Source: Candidatus Falkowbacteria bacterium RIFOXYC2_FULL_36_12 (lineage in GTDB: Bacteria > Patescibacteriota > Patescibacteriia > UBA11705). From it: DNA of 64,000 bases. A model generated the notes under the pieces. It was given only the letters and a program-made list of their open reading frames with translations, was not told the DNA's origin and made no database searches. The DNA lies in assembly GCA_001778235.1 (NCBI GenBank), contig MFGJ01000006.1, forward strand, positions 7,121 through 71,120, given 5' to 3'. The position numbers and the translations under genes are program-made. Shown here piece by piece: positions 1 through 12,034 of this stretch; within the stretch, counting starts at the first letter, position 1; each line of letters starts with the position of its first letter.

Positions 1-105
1 CAGGCAAGCCCCGAGGCTTACGATGTTAGTGGGAGCTAGGATTAAATTTTGTTGAAATATTTGAAAGTTTAGATTATAGTTAGTTAATGAAATTGGTAGA
101 AATTA

Positions 106-891
106 ATGGTTATAATAAAAAATATGATTGGGATTTTTGATTCTGGGCTTGGAGGTCTGACTGTGCTGAAGGAAATAAGAAAAGTTTTACCAACGAATGA
201 TTTGATGTATTTCGGGGACACAGCCCATGTGCCATATGGCAATCGATCGGATGAAGTGATTTTTCAGTTAACACAAAAGGCAGTTGAATTTTTATTTAGC
301 CAAGGAGCAGAATATGTTGTGGTAGCTTGTAATACTGCTTCAGCCAGAGCATTGCCCAAATTATTGGATAAGTATAAAAATATTTCAGGTGTGATTGAGC
401 CGGTAGTAAATTTTTTGATAAAAAAAGATTTTGATAAAATTGGGGTGATTGGTACGAGAGCAACAATCAATTCAAATGTTTACAAAAATAAAATTTTAGA
501 AATAAAACCTGAAATTGAAGTTACGAGTGTAGCGACGCCACTTCTAGTGCCATTGGTTGAAGAAAATTGGATAGAAAAAGTTGAAACTGAAGCAATTTTA
601 CTCGATTATTTAAAAGTGCTAAGATTAAAGCAAGTTCAGGCTTTGATTTTGGGCTGTACCCACTATCCGATGTTACTGGTAAAGATCAGAAATATTATGG
701 GGCAAAATTGTTTTGTTCCTAATCCAGCAGAAATAGTGGCGCAGGATTTAATTAATAATAAAAAAATTCAAGATTTATCATCTGGAAATGGAAATGTTCG
801 TTACTCTGTAAGTGATTTGACGGATAATTTTCAGCAGATAGCGACTGAATTTCTTGATGAAAAAGTAATTCTTGAATTGGTAAAATTATAA
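106..891 (+). CDS. murI: glutamate racemase
   Basis: Translation has the FDSGLGGLTV, VVACNTASA and GCTHYP motifs typical of MurI. Confidence 0.9.
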   Translation: MVIIKNMIGIFDSGLGGLTVLKEIRKVLPTNDLMYFGDTAHVPYGNRSDEVIFQLTQKAVEFLFSQGAEYVVVACNTASARALPKLLDKYKNISGVIEPVVNFLIKKDFDKIGVIGTRATINSNVYKNKILEIKPEIEVTSVATPLLVPLVEENWIEKVETEAILLDYLKVLRLKQVQALILGCTHYPMLLVKIRNIMGQNCFVPNPAEIVAQDLINNKKIQDLSSGNGNVRYSVSDLTDNFQQIATEFLDEKVILELVKL

Positions 892-893
892 TT

Positions 894-2051
894 ATGTTTA
901 TAACAATAATAATATTTATTTTAATTTTAGGCTTGTTGGTTTTTGTTCATGAGCTTGGGCACTATGTTAGCTCGAAAAAACTGGGTGTAAAGGCTGAAGA
1001 ATTTGGCTTTGGTATTCCACCTAGAATTTTTGGGTGGAAAAAAATTAATGGTAAGAGAAAGTTTTTCTGGGGCAATAAAGATGTTGAAACCATAAAATCA
1101 GATGATACTATTTGGTCGCTAAACTGGTTGCCACTTGGTGGTTTTGTAAAAATCAAGGGTGAAGATGGAGCCAATAAAGCTGACAATGATAGTTTTGCCT
1201 CGCAGAAAGCTTGGAAAAGGGTGATTATATTAAGTGCTGGAGTCTTGATGAATTTTGTGCTGGCAGCAGTTTTGTTAGCAATAGCTTTTAACATTGGCGC
1301 ACCTCAAGTGATTGAGTCCACATCCAATTCTGGTGGAATAATTGTTGGTGAGTCTAGGGTTCAGATTTTGCAGGTTGTGCCAGATTCTCCGGCTGACAAA
1401 ATAGGACTCCAAGTCGGAGATGTTATTGTTAAAATTAATAATGAAAAAAGAGGTGTAAAAGAATTGGTCCAAAAATATATAGCAGAAAATAGAAATCAGG
1501 ATTTGGAATTTGTAGTTGAGAGATTTGGTGAGGAACAAATTGTAACTATTCCAGCGCTTGAAACAGAAAGTTCGGATGATCGATTGATCGGCGTGGCTCT
1601 GATTGAATCGGCAATTGTAAAATATCCTTGGTATACCTCGATTTGGCTTGGAATAAAAGCTATGGTTATAATGACCGGTGCTATTATCAAAGCATTTGCC
1701 CTGATAATCAGAAATTTATTTATTGGTATGCCAGTCGGTGTGGAAGTTGCCGGTCCAGTTGGAATCGCGGTCTTGACTGGTCAGGCGGCGAAACTTGGCT
1801 TGGCTTATTTGCTACAATTTGCCGCTATATTGTCAATAAATTTGGGTATAATTAATTTTATGCCGTTTCCGGCGCTTGATGGTGGTAGAGTATTATTTAT
1901 TCTGATTGAAAAAATTAGAAGAAAACCAATTAGCCAGAAAATTGAAAATGCGATTCATGCGGTTGGTTTTTTCTTGCTTATATTTGTAATATTGTTAGTG
2001 ACTATAAAAGACCTCAAGTTGGGACAGCTGTTTGGAAGAATATTTGGTTGA
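894..2051 (+). CDS. rseP: RIP metalloprotease / site-2 protease, RseP family
   Basis: HELGH zinc motif in the first TM helix, a central PDZ-like segment (GLQVGDVIVKINN) and an LDGG motif near the C-terminus. Stop-start overlap with murI. Confidence 0.85.
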   Translation: MFITIIIFILILGLLVFVHELGHYVSSKKLGVKAEEFGFGIPPRIFGWKKINGKRKFFWGNKDVETIKSDDTIWSLNWLPLGGFVKIKGEDGANKADNDSFASQKAWKRVIILSAGVLMNFVLAAVLLAIAFNIGAPQVIESTSNSGGIIVGESRVQILQVVPDSPADKIGLQVGDVIVKINNEKRGVKELVQKYIAENRNQDLEFVVERFGEEQIVTIPALETESSDDRLIGVALIESAIVKYPWYTSIWLGIKAMVIMTGAIIKAFALIIRNLFIGMPVGVEVAGPVGIAVLTGQAAKLGLAYLLQFAAILSINLGIINFMPFPALDGGRVLFILIEKIRRKPISQKIENAIHAVGFFLLIFVILLVTIKDLKLGQLFGRIFG

Positions 2052-2098
2052 AATATAATTTAAAGTCGAGATGATTTTAGTAAATTTGTAATAAATAT

Positions 2099-2854
2099 AT
2101 GCCGAGAAAAAAAGTTGCGAAAAAAGTAAATACAATAATCAAAACAAAAACAGAAAGAAAAGAATTTTACAAGGGTTCGGCGTTTATTGGTTTTGTTGCA
2201 ATCGTATTGTTGATTTTAGTTTTCTTGGTTGTTGTTTATTCTAGTTTGCAAAAAGTTCAAAGCGATGTCTTCAATGTCAGAGAAGTTATTTCTGAACAAC
2301 AGAAATTTAATTTGCAAGAAATCAAAGATCAGGTAAAACAGGAAGAACTTGAGAATAAAACATATTTATATCTAAATCGCAGGTTGGGGATAAAATTTGA
2401 AATACCTGCAGGTTATAATCAGGAAGAAGGTGTGATTGAAGATAATGGAATTTTGATGTTCGGTCCGATTCAGGATTTATCAGGCGTTAAATTGCCGAAA
2501 TTTACCTTGCGGATTTTTGAAAAAACAAATTTGGAAGATTACAAGAAGAATTTTTATTTTGCTGATGAGACTTGTGGGAGTGCTAATAGTTATTGTTTGA
2601 TGTTTGATTTTAATTATACTGATTTGTCAGAAAATAGAGTTGAAGCAGTTGATAAATTGCTCGAAGAAGAAGATGTAATTCAGTATCCAGCTTGGAAATA
2701 TTCTATTGAGAATGAATGTTTGGTGCCAACCATTATTATTTATAATGAAAAAACAAATACTATGTATGAATTCCAAGAACATTGCAGTGAAGAGGGTTCT
2801 GTGAAATATCTTCAGCTACAAGAAATGTTAAAAAGTTTTTCTTTTATTGAATAA
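2099..2854 (+). CDS. hypothetical protein, K-rich N-terminus plus a single TM anchor
   Basis: 251-aa ORF. Basic N-terminus, one hydrophobic helix, then a soluble domain. Confidence 0.5.
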   Translation: MPRKKVAKKVNTIIKTKTERKEFYKGSAFIGFVAIVLLILVFLVVVYSSLQKVQSDVFNVREVISEQQKFNLQEIKDQVKQEELENKTYLYLNRRLGIKFEIPAGYNQEEGVIEDNGILMFGPIQDLSGVKLPKFTLRIFEKTNLEDYKKNFYFADETCGSANSYCLMFDFNYTDLSENRVEAVDKLLEEEDVIQYPAWKYSIENECLVPTIIIYNEKTNTMYEFQEHCSEEGSVKYLQLQEMLKSFSFIE

Positions 2855-2917
2855 AGTGATATGATGTTGTTGTAATATTGAAATAAAGTTGAAAATATAT
2901 TGTAATTTTATAAATAT

Positions 2918-3655
2918 ATGACTAGGAGGGTTGCAAAAAAAGCAATAAAAAATTCCAAATCAAGTAAAAAAGAATTATCAGCGGTGGAAAATTGTTCAGC
3001 TGAATCAAATTATTTTCATGGTTTAAGTTTGTTTTTGTTATTTTTGTTGTCAGTAATATTTTTCACTTTTAGTTTTCTGTTTGCTTCAATGTACAAAGAA
3101 ACTAAGTTGATTCGGGTAAATTATGAAGATACTCACAATCGTTTGGTTGATGTCCTTGAGGGGAAAAATGGGGGGTCTGTTGACTCAAAGGCTTTGGCTG
3201 ACCAAGTGGTTGAACAAAAGGAATCTGTAAATGTTGATAAGTGGCAGAGTTTTTCTAAATATGGTTTTAGGTTGAAGTTCCCAGAAACTTGGACATATAG
3301 GGATGATCCTTATCAAAAAAGAGTAGATTTTTATACTGATGGTGTTGTGAGAGGATTGGACAATAAAGATTCAGGTAATTTTTATATTAGGATTACGAAT
3401 GGTTTCGAGGATAGTTTTCTGAATACTGATGATGTTATTCATAATGAAGCAATAGAAATTGCTAATCGTACTGGAAGAAAATATGAGCTGATTGGTCTTG
3501 GAGATTCAATAAATAAAACAGCTGTAGCTGTGCTCGGAGAAGTAGGATTTTATGAATTGGTATTCGGATATCCTGCTGGCTGTGTTGATTTGTGCCCAAC
3601 CATACCTGAAGAAATCCAAGTTCAAATTGTTCAGAATTTTGAGATTATTAAATAG
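2918..3655 (+). CDS. hypothetical protein, K-rich N-terminus plus a single TM anchor
   Basis: 245-aa ORF with the same architecture as the preceding gene, so a possible paralog. Confidence 0.5.
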   Translation: MTRRVAKKAIKNSKSSKKELSAVENCSAESNYFHGLSLFLLFLLSVIFFTFSFLFASMYKETKLIRVNYEDTHNRLVDVLEGKNGGSVDSKALADQVVEQKESVNVDKWQSFSKYGFRLKFPETWTYRDDPYQKRVDFYTDGVVRGLDNKDSGNFYIRITNGFEDSFLNTDDVIHNEAIEIANRTGRKYELIGLGDSINKTAVAVLGEVGFYELVFGYPAGCVDLCPTIPEEIQVQIVQNFEIIK

Positions 3656-3835
3656 TTTTTAATTATAAAAAATGGTTCAAGCTCGTGATGTTGTGAATGA
3701 TAAGGTTGTAAAGTTGATACTTGATTATATTGAAAAAGAATAATTTCGGGTTATTTGAAAATTAATTGGAAGATTTATTTGTTTGGTTTAATCTTTGAAA
3801 TGATAAATCGGTCAATCGCAGGAAAGGCGGAGGAA

Positions 3836-5176
3836 ATGAGAGTACTGCTTATTAGTCCTAATATCTTGGGTGTAAGAGGTGGTATTAATAGAATCCAGCC
3901 ACCACTGGGGCTTGGTTATGTCGCAAGCTTTGCAAGGCAAGCTGGTCACGAGGTTTTTGTTCGTGATACTGCTTTGGAAGGTTATGGCAATCAAATTGAA
4001 TTAGACAATGGATTGATAAGAATTGGCGAAACTGATGATCAGATAAGGGCTTTTATTAGAAAAATAAATCCTGATGTTGTAGGTATAACTGCCACCTTGT
4101 CCAATTTGGAAGTTGCTGCTTTGGAAGTTGCAAGACTGACCAAGGAGGTAAATCCGCAGATTGTGACTGTGCTTGGGGGGAACCATATTAGCTTTTCTGA
4201 TAAAGATTATGATGTTGATTATGTGGTTAAAGGCGAAGGAGAGATTGCTTTTGTTAAATTGTTGGAAGAATTGGGAAAGGGGAATAACCCAAATAAAGTA
4301 ATAGTCGGTATAGCTTTTGAAAATTTGAATCATCTGCCAAGTCCTGCGCGTGATTTAATGAATATGGAGGCCTATTTCAGAATTAATTTGTTTCATTCTA
4401 GTCGAAGTGATAAACGAATTTTGAATGTGATGACTAGCCGAGGTTGTCCTCATAGCTGTTCTTTTTGTACCAGTCCACAAATGTGGGGGCGACGAGTGCG
4501 ATTTAGAGATGCTAGCAATGTAATGGCGGAAATTGTTGAGGCGATTGAGAAATATGGTATTGAGGAGGTTCAATTTGAGGATGATACTCTGACTGTTAAT
4601 TATCAAAGGCTGATGGAATTGTGTGATTTATTACGGCCGCCACATAACATTCAGTGGTGTGTCCCCAATGGGATTAGAATAAATTGCCATAGTTCAAAGC
4701 AAGATCAAATGTTTAAGCGGATGAAAGAGTCAGGTTGTTATCAAGTTACGCTGGCTTGTGAAAGTGGTTGTCAGAGAGTACTGGATCAAATTTTAAATAA
4801 AAATTTAAAATTAGCTGAAATTAAACCAGCGATTAGAAAAGCTCATGATGCCGGTCTTCTAGTCCATACTTTTTGGCTGGTTGGCTCACCTGGTGAGACC
4901 AAGTCAGAAATGGAACAAACAATTGCATTTGCGCAAAGTTGTGGAGCAGATAGTTATTCGGTCAGCATTCTATGTCCATTGCCTGGAACTAGGGTCAATG
5001 ATGAGGTTGAGCAGAAAAATCTATGGTGGACTGGCATTGATTTGAAACAGATGATTTACAGAAAATCTTTATTCAAAGTTGATGGATTTAGTTGTGCCGA
5101 GGATTTTGAAGCTTGGGCAGAGGAACAAAATAGAGTTCTTAATCAGGGGGATAAAATTGAAGTAAAGCAAACATAA
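3836..5176 (+). CDS. B12-binding domain / radical SAM protein
   Basis: CX3CX2C motif (SRGCPHSCSFCTS) after an N-terminal B12-binding-like domain (MRVLLISPN...). The in-frame ATG at 3836 is preceded by GGCGGAGGAA, so it is preferred over the ORF-track start at 3755. Confidence 0.8.
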   Translation: MRVLLISPNILGVRGGINRIQPPLGLGYVASFARQAGHEVFVRDTALEGYGNQIELDNGLIRIGETDDQIRAFIRKINPDVVGITATLSNLEVAALEVARLTKEVNPQIVTVLGGNHISFSDKDYDVDYVVKGEGEIAFVKLLEELGKGNNPNKVIVGIAFENLNHLPSPARDLMNMEAYFRINLFHSSRSDKRILNVMTSRGCPHSCSFCTSPQMWGRRVRFRDASNVMAEIVEAIEKYGIEEVQFEDDTLTVNYQRLMELCDLLRPPHNIQWCVPNGIRINCHSSKQDQMFKRMKESGCYQVTLACESGCQRVLDQILNKNLKLAEIKPAIRKAHDAGLLVHTFWLVGSPGETKSEMEQTIAFAQSCGADSYSVSILCPLPGTRVNDEVEQKNLWWTGIDLKQMIYRKSLFKVDGFSCAEDFEAWAEEQNRVLNQGDKIEVKQT

Positions 5177-5484
5177 TTGAGAGTATAAATTAATTTAAAA
5201 CTGTGTTATAAACCAGTTTTTTTGTTTGAAAAAAATAATTGTTCAGGATTTTGAAATTATTAAATAGATTAGATAAAAAGAACCGTCTTGAGCTAGTTGA
5301 AGGGTGATTTTTGTGGAAAAAGGGTTTAAACATGTCTTCCGATTGAGGTGTAAAAAACAGCTCTTTTTTGTTTTATTTGTTTATAAATTATGCTATAATT
5401 CTAATAGATTTATTTATAATTGATAACAAAATAACTACGCAATTTTTGCAGATTCGCAGTAAATTTGTTATTTGTTGAAAATTT

Positions 5485-6483
5485 ATGCCAAAAAGAGTTG
5501 CTATCAATGGTTTTGGTCGCATTGGGAGGGCTGTGGCCAAGGTATTGTTGAGCAAAGGCTCAAAGTATCAAATTGTAGCTATTAATGATTTGGGAAATTG
5601 GGATAATTTAGCTTATCTTATGAAGTATGATTCTGCTTATGGCAGATATGATAAACCAGTAGAAATGGTTGGAAAAAACTTGAAAATTGGGAATAAATTA
5701 ATTCCGGTTTTATCAGATCCAAACCCAGCCAAATTGCCTTGGAAGAGATTGAAAGTAGATGTTGTGCTTGAATGTACTGGTGCTTTTACCAAAAAAGAGG
5801 AAGCTGGTAAACATTTGAAAGCTGGGGCAAAGAGTGTTATTATTTCTGCTCCAAGTAATAGTGATGGGATTGTTACTGTAGTAAAAGGTGTAAATGAAAA
5901 GATGGCGAAAAATGCTGGTGTTGTGGCCAATGCATCTTGTACCACCAATTGTACCGGTCCGGTGATGGCAGTGCTCGAGAGTGTTTTTGGCGTTGAAAAA
6001 GCTTTGTTAACAACGATTCACGCTGTAACTGCTTCACAGAGAACTGTTGATTTGCCGACTGAAGATGATTATCGGCGAGGCAGGTCTGCGCTCAATAATC
6101 TGATCCCAACAACAACTGGTGCAGCCATTGCGACAACTTTAACCTTACCATCTTTGAAAGATAAGTTTGATGGAATTTCAATTCGCGTACCAATGATTAC
6201 AGGTTCGCTAGTTGATATTACAGCTTTGTTGAGAAAAAATACTAGCGTCAAGGAAATTAATAATGCTTTTATTAAGTACTCTAAAATGCCAAGATTCAGA
6301 GGAATTCTTGAGGTGACTGAAGATGAGCTTGTTTCCAGTGATATTATTGGAACTGCAGCTTCAGCTATTGTTGATTTGAAATTTACCAAAGTAGTTGATG
6401 GCAATTTGGTGAAAATATTGGCTTGGTATGATAATGAATGGGGTTATTCAAATAGATTGGCAGAAATGGTTGATGAGGTTTAA
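5485..6483 (+). CDS. gap: type I glyceraldehyde-3-phosphate dehydrogenase
   Basis: NGFGRIGR NAD-binding motif and active-site ASCTTNC. Confidence 0.9.
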   Translation: MPKRVAINGFGRIGRAVAKVLLSKGSKYQIVAINDLGNWDNLAYLMKYDSAYGRYDKPVEMVGKNLKIGNKLIPVLSDPNPAKLPWKRLKVDVVLECTGAFTKKEEAGKHLKAGAKSVIISAPSNSDGIVTVVKGVNEKMAKNAGVVANASCTTNCTGPVMAVLESVFGVEKALLTTIHAVTASQRTVDLPTEDDYRRGRSALNNLIPTTTGAAIATTLTLPSLKDKFDGISIRVPMITGSLVDITALLRKNTSVKEINNAFIKYSKMPRFRGILEVTEDELVSSDIIGTAASAIVDLKFTKVVDGNLVKILAWYDNEWGYSNRLAEMVDEV

Positions 6484-6657
6484 GATAAAAGGATATTTTA
6501 AATTGTTATACTGAACTTTTATCAGAATATATTTGGTAAGGTGTGGGTTATGGATATTTAAATTGTTGATGAATATATTTGGCAAGGTGTGTGTTATGGA
6601 TATTTAAATTGTTCATGAATATATTTGGTAAGGTGTGGGTTATGGAGATTTTAAATT
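6484..6657. repeat. tandem repeat, 46-bp unit, about 3.7 copies
   Basis: Unit gaatatatttggtaaggtgtgggttatggatatttaaattgttgat begins at 6525, 6571 and 6617, with a partial copy upstream. Confidence 0.8.
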
Positions 6658-6685
6658 GTCACCCTGAATTTATTTCAGGGTATAA
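6658..6685 (-). repeat. REP-like hairpin element, inverted copy
   Basis: GTCACCCTGAATTTATTTCAGGGTATAA is the reverse complement of the TTATACCCTGAA-loop-TTCAGGGTGAC unit that is arrayed at 6955-7497. Confidence 0.8.
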
Positions 6686-6693
6686 AGGAAAAT

Positions 6694-6954
6694 ATGTATT
6701 ATGTTTATATTTTGACAACAAAAAATAATGCGATGACATATATTGGTGTTACTAATTGTCTTGAGAAGAGAGTTTATAAACATAAAGAGAAAATTAATGA
6801 AGGTTATACAAGAAAGTATAATGTGAATAAGTTGGTTTATTATGAGGAATTTCAATATGTTGAAGATGCAATTAATCGAGAAAAGCAGTTGAAGAATTGG
6901 AGGAAGGAATGGAAAATTAATTTGATTAAAGAATTTAATCCGAGTTTTGAATAA
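6694..6954 (+). CDS. GIY-YIG nuclease family protein (UPF0213-like)
   Basis: 86 aa. YYVYIL...YIGVT...L..R..KHK...Y matches a GIY-YIG domain. RBS-like AAAGGAAAA upstream. The stop codon lies inside a repeat unit. Confidence 0.8.
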   Translation: MYYVYILTTKNNAMTYIGVTNCLEKRVYKHKEKINEGYTRKYNVNKLVYYEEFQYVEDAINREKQLKNWRKEWKINLIKEFNPSFE

Positions 6955-7497
6955 TTATACCCTGAAACAAGTTCAGGGTGACAAGTGAGTGAGAGGTGGT
7001 GATAAGTGTATGGTTGAATAATTATACCCTGAAATCCATCTTCGTTAAAACTTCGATGGACAAGCAAGTTCAGGGTGACAAGTGAGTGAGAGGTGGTGAT
7101 AAGTGTATGGTTGAATAATTATACCCTGAAATCCATCTTCGTTAAAACTTCCGACTACGCTCTTTTGGGAGCTTCGACGGACAAGTCGATGGACAAGCAA
7201 GTTCAGGGTGACAAGTAAGAGGTGATTAATTATACCCTGAAATAAATTCAGGGTGACAAGTGAGTGAGAGGTGGTGATAAGTGTATGGTTGAATAATTAT
7301 ACCCTGAAACAAGTTCAGGGTGACAAGTTGGGAGATCCTGAAACAAGTTCAGGATGACGAGTGTAGGGTTCAGGGTGACAAGTAAGAGGTGATTAATTAT
7401 ACCCTGAAACAAGTTCAGGGTGACAAGTGAGTGAGAGGTGGTGATAAGTGTATGGTTGAATAATTATACCCTGAAATAAATTCAGGGTGACAAGACT
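6955..7497 (+). repeat. array of about 7 REP-like hairpin units
   Basis: Each unit is TTATACCCTGAA-(loop of 5-70 nt)-TTCAGGGTGACAAG followed by GTGAGTGAGAGGTGGTGATAAGTGTATGGTTGAATAA. Some loops carry nested palindromes. The array ends 1 nt before the prepilin peptidase ATG. Confidence 0.85.
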
Positions 7498-8292
7498 ATG
7501 TTGATGATTTATATAATTGCAATTTTACTGGGATTGGCGATTGGTAGTTTTTTAAATGTTGTGATATTTAGATTGCCAGAAGAAAAATCTTTGATAAAAA
7601 TTAGAAGATCTGTTTGTCGTTTTTGTAATAAATTTTTGAAAATAGCTGAATTAATCCCAGTTGTAAGTTTTGTCGTTCAAAAAGGTAAATGTCTTGGTTG
7701 TAAGAAAAAGATTTCTTGGCAGTATCCGATAATTGAGATTATTACAGTTTTGTTTTTTGTGATTGAGGTTTGGTACAGATTGAACCCGACTTTGAATAAT
7801 TTGGGTCATGATATGATTTTGATAGCCAGAGATTTGGTTTTTATCTGTACTTTGATAGTAATTTTCATGATAGATGTTAAACATTTACTTATTTTTGACA
7901 GAACTATCTACCCAGCTATGGTTATTGTATTTATTTTGAATTTTATAGCGTCGGGATTTGATAATAATATATTGTGGAGAATGATTTTAGCCGGTTGTAT
8001 TGGGTATTTGTTTTTTGCTTTGCAATATTATGGGTCAAGAAAGAAATGGGTTGGTGGTGGAGATATGAAGTTAGCAGCTTTGATAGGTGTGGCACTTGGT
8101 GTTTCAGGAATATTGTTAACATTGTTTATTGCCTATGTAGGTGGAGCGATTATTGCTTTGTGTCTGGTTTGGATGAGGAAAAAGCAGATGAACAGTCAGT
8201 TGCCAATGGGGGCATTTTTAGCTCCAGCAGCCATTATAGTCTTATTTTTTGGTACGCAGATATTGGATTGGTATTGGGGGTTTTTGTGGTAG
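7498..8292 (+). CDS. pilD: prepilin peptidase (A24 family)
   Basis: N-terminal TM helix with GSFLNV, a C-x-x-C...C-x-x-C cluster, and multi-TM DUF/peptidase A24-like helices. Confidence 0.75.
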   Translation: MLMIYIIAILLGLAIGSFLNVVIFRLPEEKSLIKIRRSVCRFCNKFLKIAELIPVVSFVVQKGKCLGCKKKISWQYPIIEIITVLFFVIEVWYRLNPTLNNLGHDMILIARDLVFICTLIVIFMIDVKHLLIFDRTIYPAMVIVFILNFIASGFDNNILWRMILAGCIGYLFFALQYYGSRKKWVGGGDMKLAALIGVALGVSGILLTLFIAYVGGAIIALCLVWMRKKQMNSQLPMGAFLAPAAIIVLFFGTQILDWYWGFLW

Positions 8293-8301
8293 ATTTGTTT
8301 T

Positions 8302-8823
8302 ATGAAAAAGATTAAATTCAAAAAAAATGAATTGATAAATATTGTATTGTTGTCTGCCATGGGTTTGATTTTAGTTTTTTTTATAGTTTATAATGTAAAT
8401 TCATTGCGTAGTTCGCAGTTAATTGTTTCGCAAATGAATATGGTAAAACAATTTTTTGTTGATGCTCGGGAAAAAGCAATTTGGGGTGAAAAGCTTGAGG
8501 GCGCAGGAGAGAGTCCGGCTGCTTATGGTGTTTATTATGATGTGGCGCGAAATGAATTGGTGATGTGTGCGGACTTGGCGGGAGACCTTGATTGTGAATC
8601 CAGTGAAGTGGTTGATAAACTTCAATTGCAAGAGAATTTTGAAATTTCTGATTTCAAAGTTGTGAATTTTCTTCGTTTTCATACGGTCAATGGTGCTTGT
8701 GTGGATTTGGATTGTCAACTTGATGGCGAAACCAGTGTGCTAACATTGGAGTCAAAACAAAATAATAATATAAAAAAACAATTGATTTTAAATCAAACTG
8801 ATCTGGAGATTAAAATTCAGTAA
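8302..8823 (+). CDS. hypothetical protein with an N-terminal TM anchor
   Basis: 173-aa ORF. It has no canonical prepilin G-F-T-L-x-E motif. Confidence 0.45.
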   Translation: MKKIKFKKNELINIVLLSAMGLILVFFIVYNVNSLRSSQLIVSQMNMVKQFFVDAREKAIWGEKLEGAGESPAAYGVYYDVARNELVMCADLAGDLDCESSEVVDKLQLQENFEISDFKVVNFLRFHTVNGACVDLDCQLDGETSVLTLESKQNNNIKKQLILNQTDLEIKIQ

Positions 8824-8826
8824 TTT

Positions 8827-9705
8827 ATGACTTGGATATTATATACATTGGGTGCAATATTACTGTGGACAGTAGTCAATGTTTTGGATAAACATATTAT
8901 TTCTGATGATTTGAAAGACCCCAAATTGGTAACAACTCTATTCGGGGTGCAAGTATATTTGTTGTATATAATTTTTGCTTTGATTAATGGTTCTATTTCG
9001 GCTGAATGGACTGTAATTGTTTGGTCAATGATATCTGGTTTAGTGTATTCAAGTGCAATTTATTATTATTACACGGTAATGCAAGATCAGGAGGTTACAC
9101 GGTTTGTGCCTTTGTTTGCCCTAACTCCAGCTTTTATTGCAATTGTTGCCTATTTCATGTTTGGTGAAAAATTAGATTTGATACATTATGTTGCGATTTT
9201 TATTATTATGGTCGGAGCAGTTGTTCTAACTCATGAAAAAAAGAAAAAAACAAAAAATGGTTATATGGTTTTATTTCTAACGATGTTAACAGTATTATTG
9301 TTCAGCACTCATACAATGATTTTTGATTATACTTTGAATTTTGCTGGTGTAGGGCCGATATTGTTCTGGTTTGGAATCGGTGGTTTAATCCTGCCATTAA
9401 TTCTTTATATTTTTCATCATCCCCACATAAAAGCAAAAGCTAAACAAGGTGTATCATTATTAATAGTGGTAATTACTTTGTCAGCAATTGGGATGATTTT
9501 TCTGATAAAAGCCTTGGCAATTGGATCGGTTGTGCTGATTACCGCTTTGATTGCGACTAAACCATTATTGGTTTTTTTACTAGCGACATTTTTGAGTTTT
9601 ACTCATCCAAAATTTATTCGAGAGAAGCACAGTATGCCGGTTTTAATCCAAAAAGGAATTGGAATTGTATTAATTGTAATTGGTGGGGTGATGATTGTAA
9701 TATAA
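8827..9705 (+). CDS. EamA/DMT-family membrane transporter
   Basis: About 10 predicted TM helices in two homologous halves. Confidence 0.6.
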   Translation: MTWILYTLGAILLWTVVNVLDKHIISDDLKDPKLVTTLFGVQVYLLYIIFALINGSISAEWTVIVWSMISGLVYSSAIYYYYTVMQDQEVTRFVPLFALTPAFIAIVAYFMFGEKLDLIHYVAIFIIMVGAVVLTHEKKKKTKNGYMVLFLTMLTVLLFSTHTMIFDYTLNFAGVGPILFWFGIGGLILPLILYIFHHPHIKAKAKQGVSLLIVVITLSAIGMIFLIKALAIGSVVLITALIATKPLLVFLLATFLSFTHPKFIREKHSMPVLIQKGIGIVLIVIGGVMIVI

Positions 9706-9709
9706 ATAT

Positions 9710-12030
<2,321 letters not shown>

Positions 12031-12034
12031 AATT

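Noticed and set aside
962-1690. Antisense shadow ORFs inside rseP, and similar ones inside gap, ligA, gatA, the GT4 transferase and the Clp gene.
   Set aside because: They are fully nested in strongly supported genes on the opposite strand or in another frame, have no independent signals, and have low-complexity translations.
6955-7497. Possible CRISPR array (regularly spaced palindromic repeats).
   Set aside because: The putative spacers are themselves identical copies of the same 45-bp sequence and the loop lengths vary. There are no unique spacers and no cas genes, so this is a REP/MITE-like repeat array rather than CRISPR.
8302-8823. Type IV pilin or pseudopilin downstream of the prepilin peptidase.
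   Set aside because: It has an N-terminal TM helix but no G|FTLxE prepilin cleavage motif.
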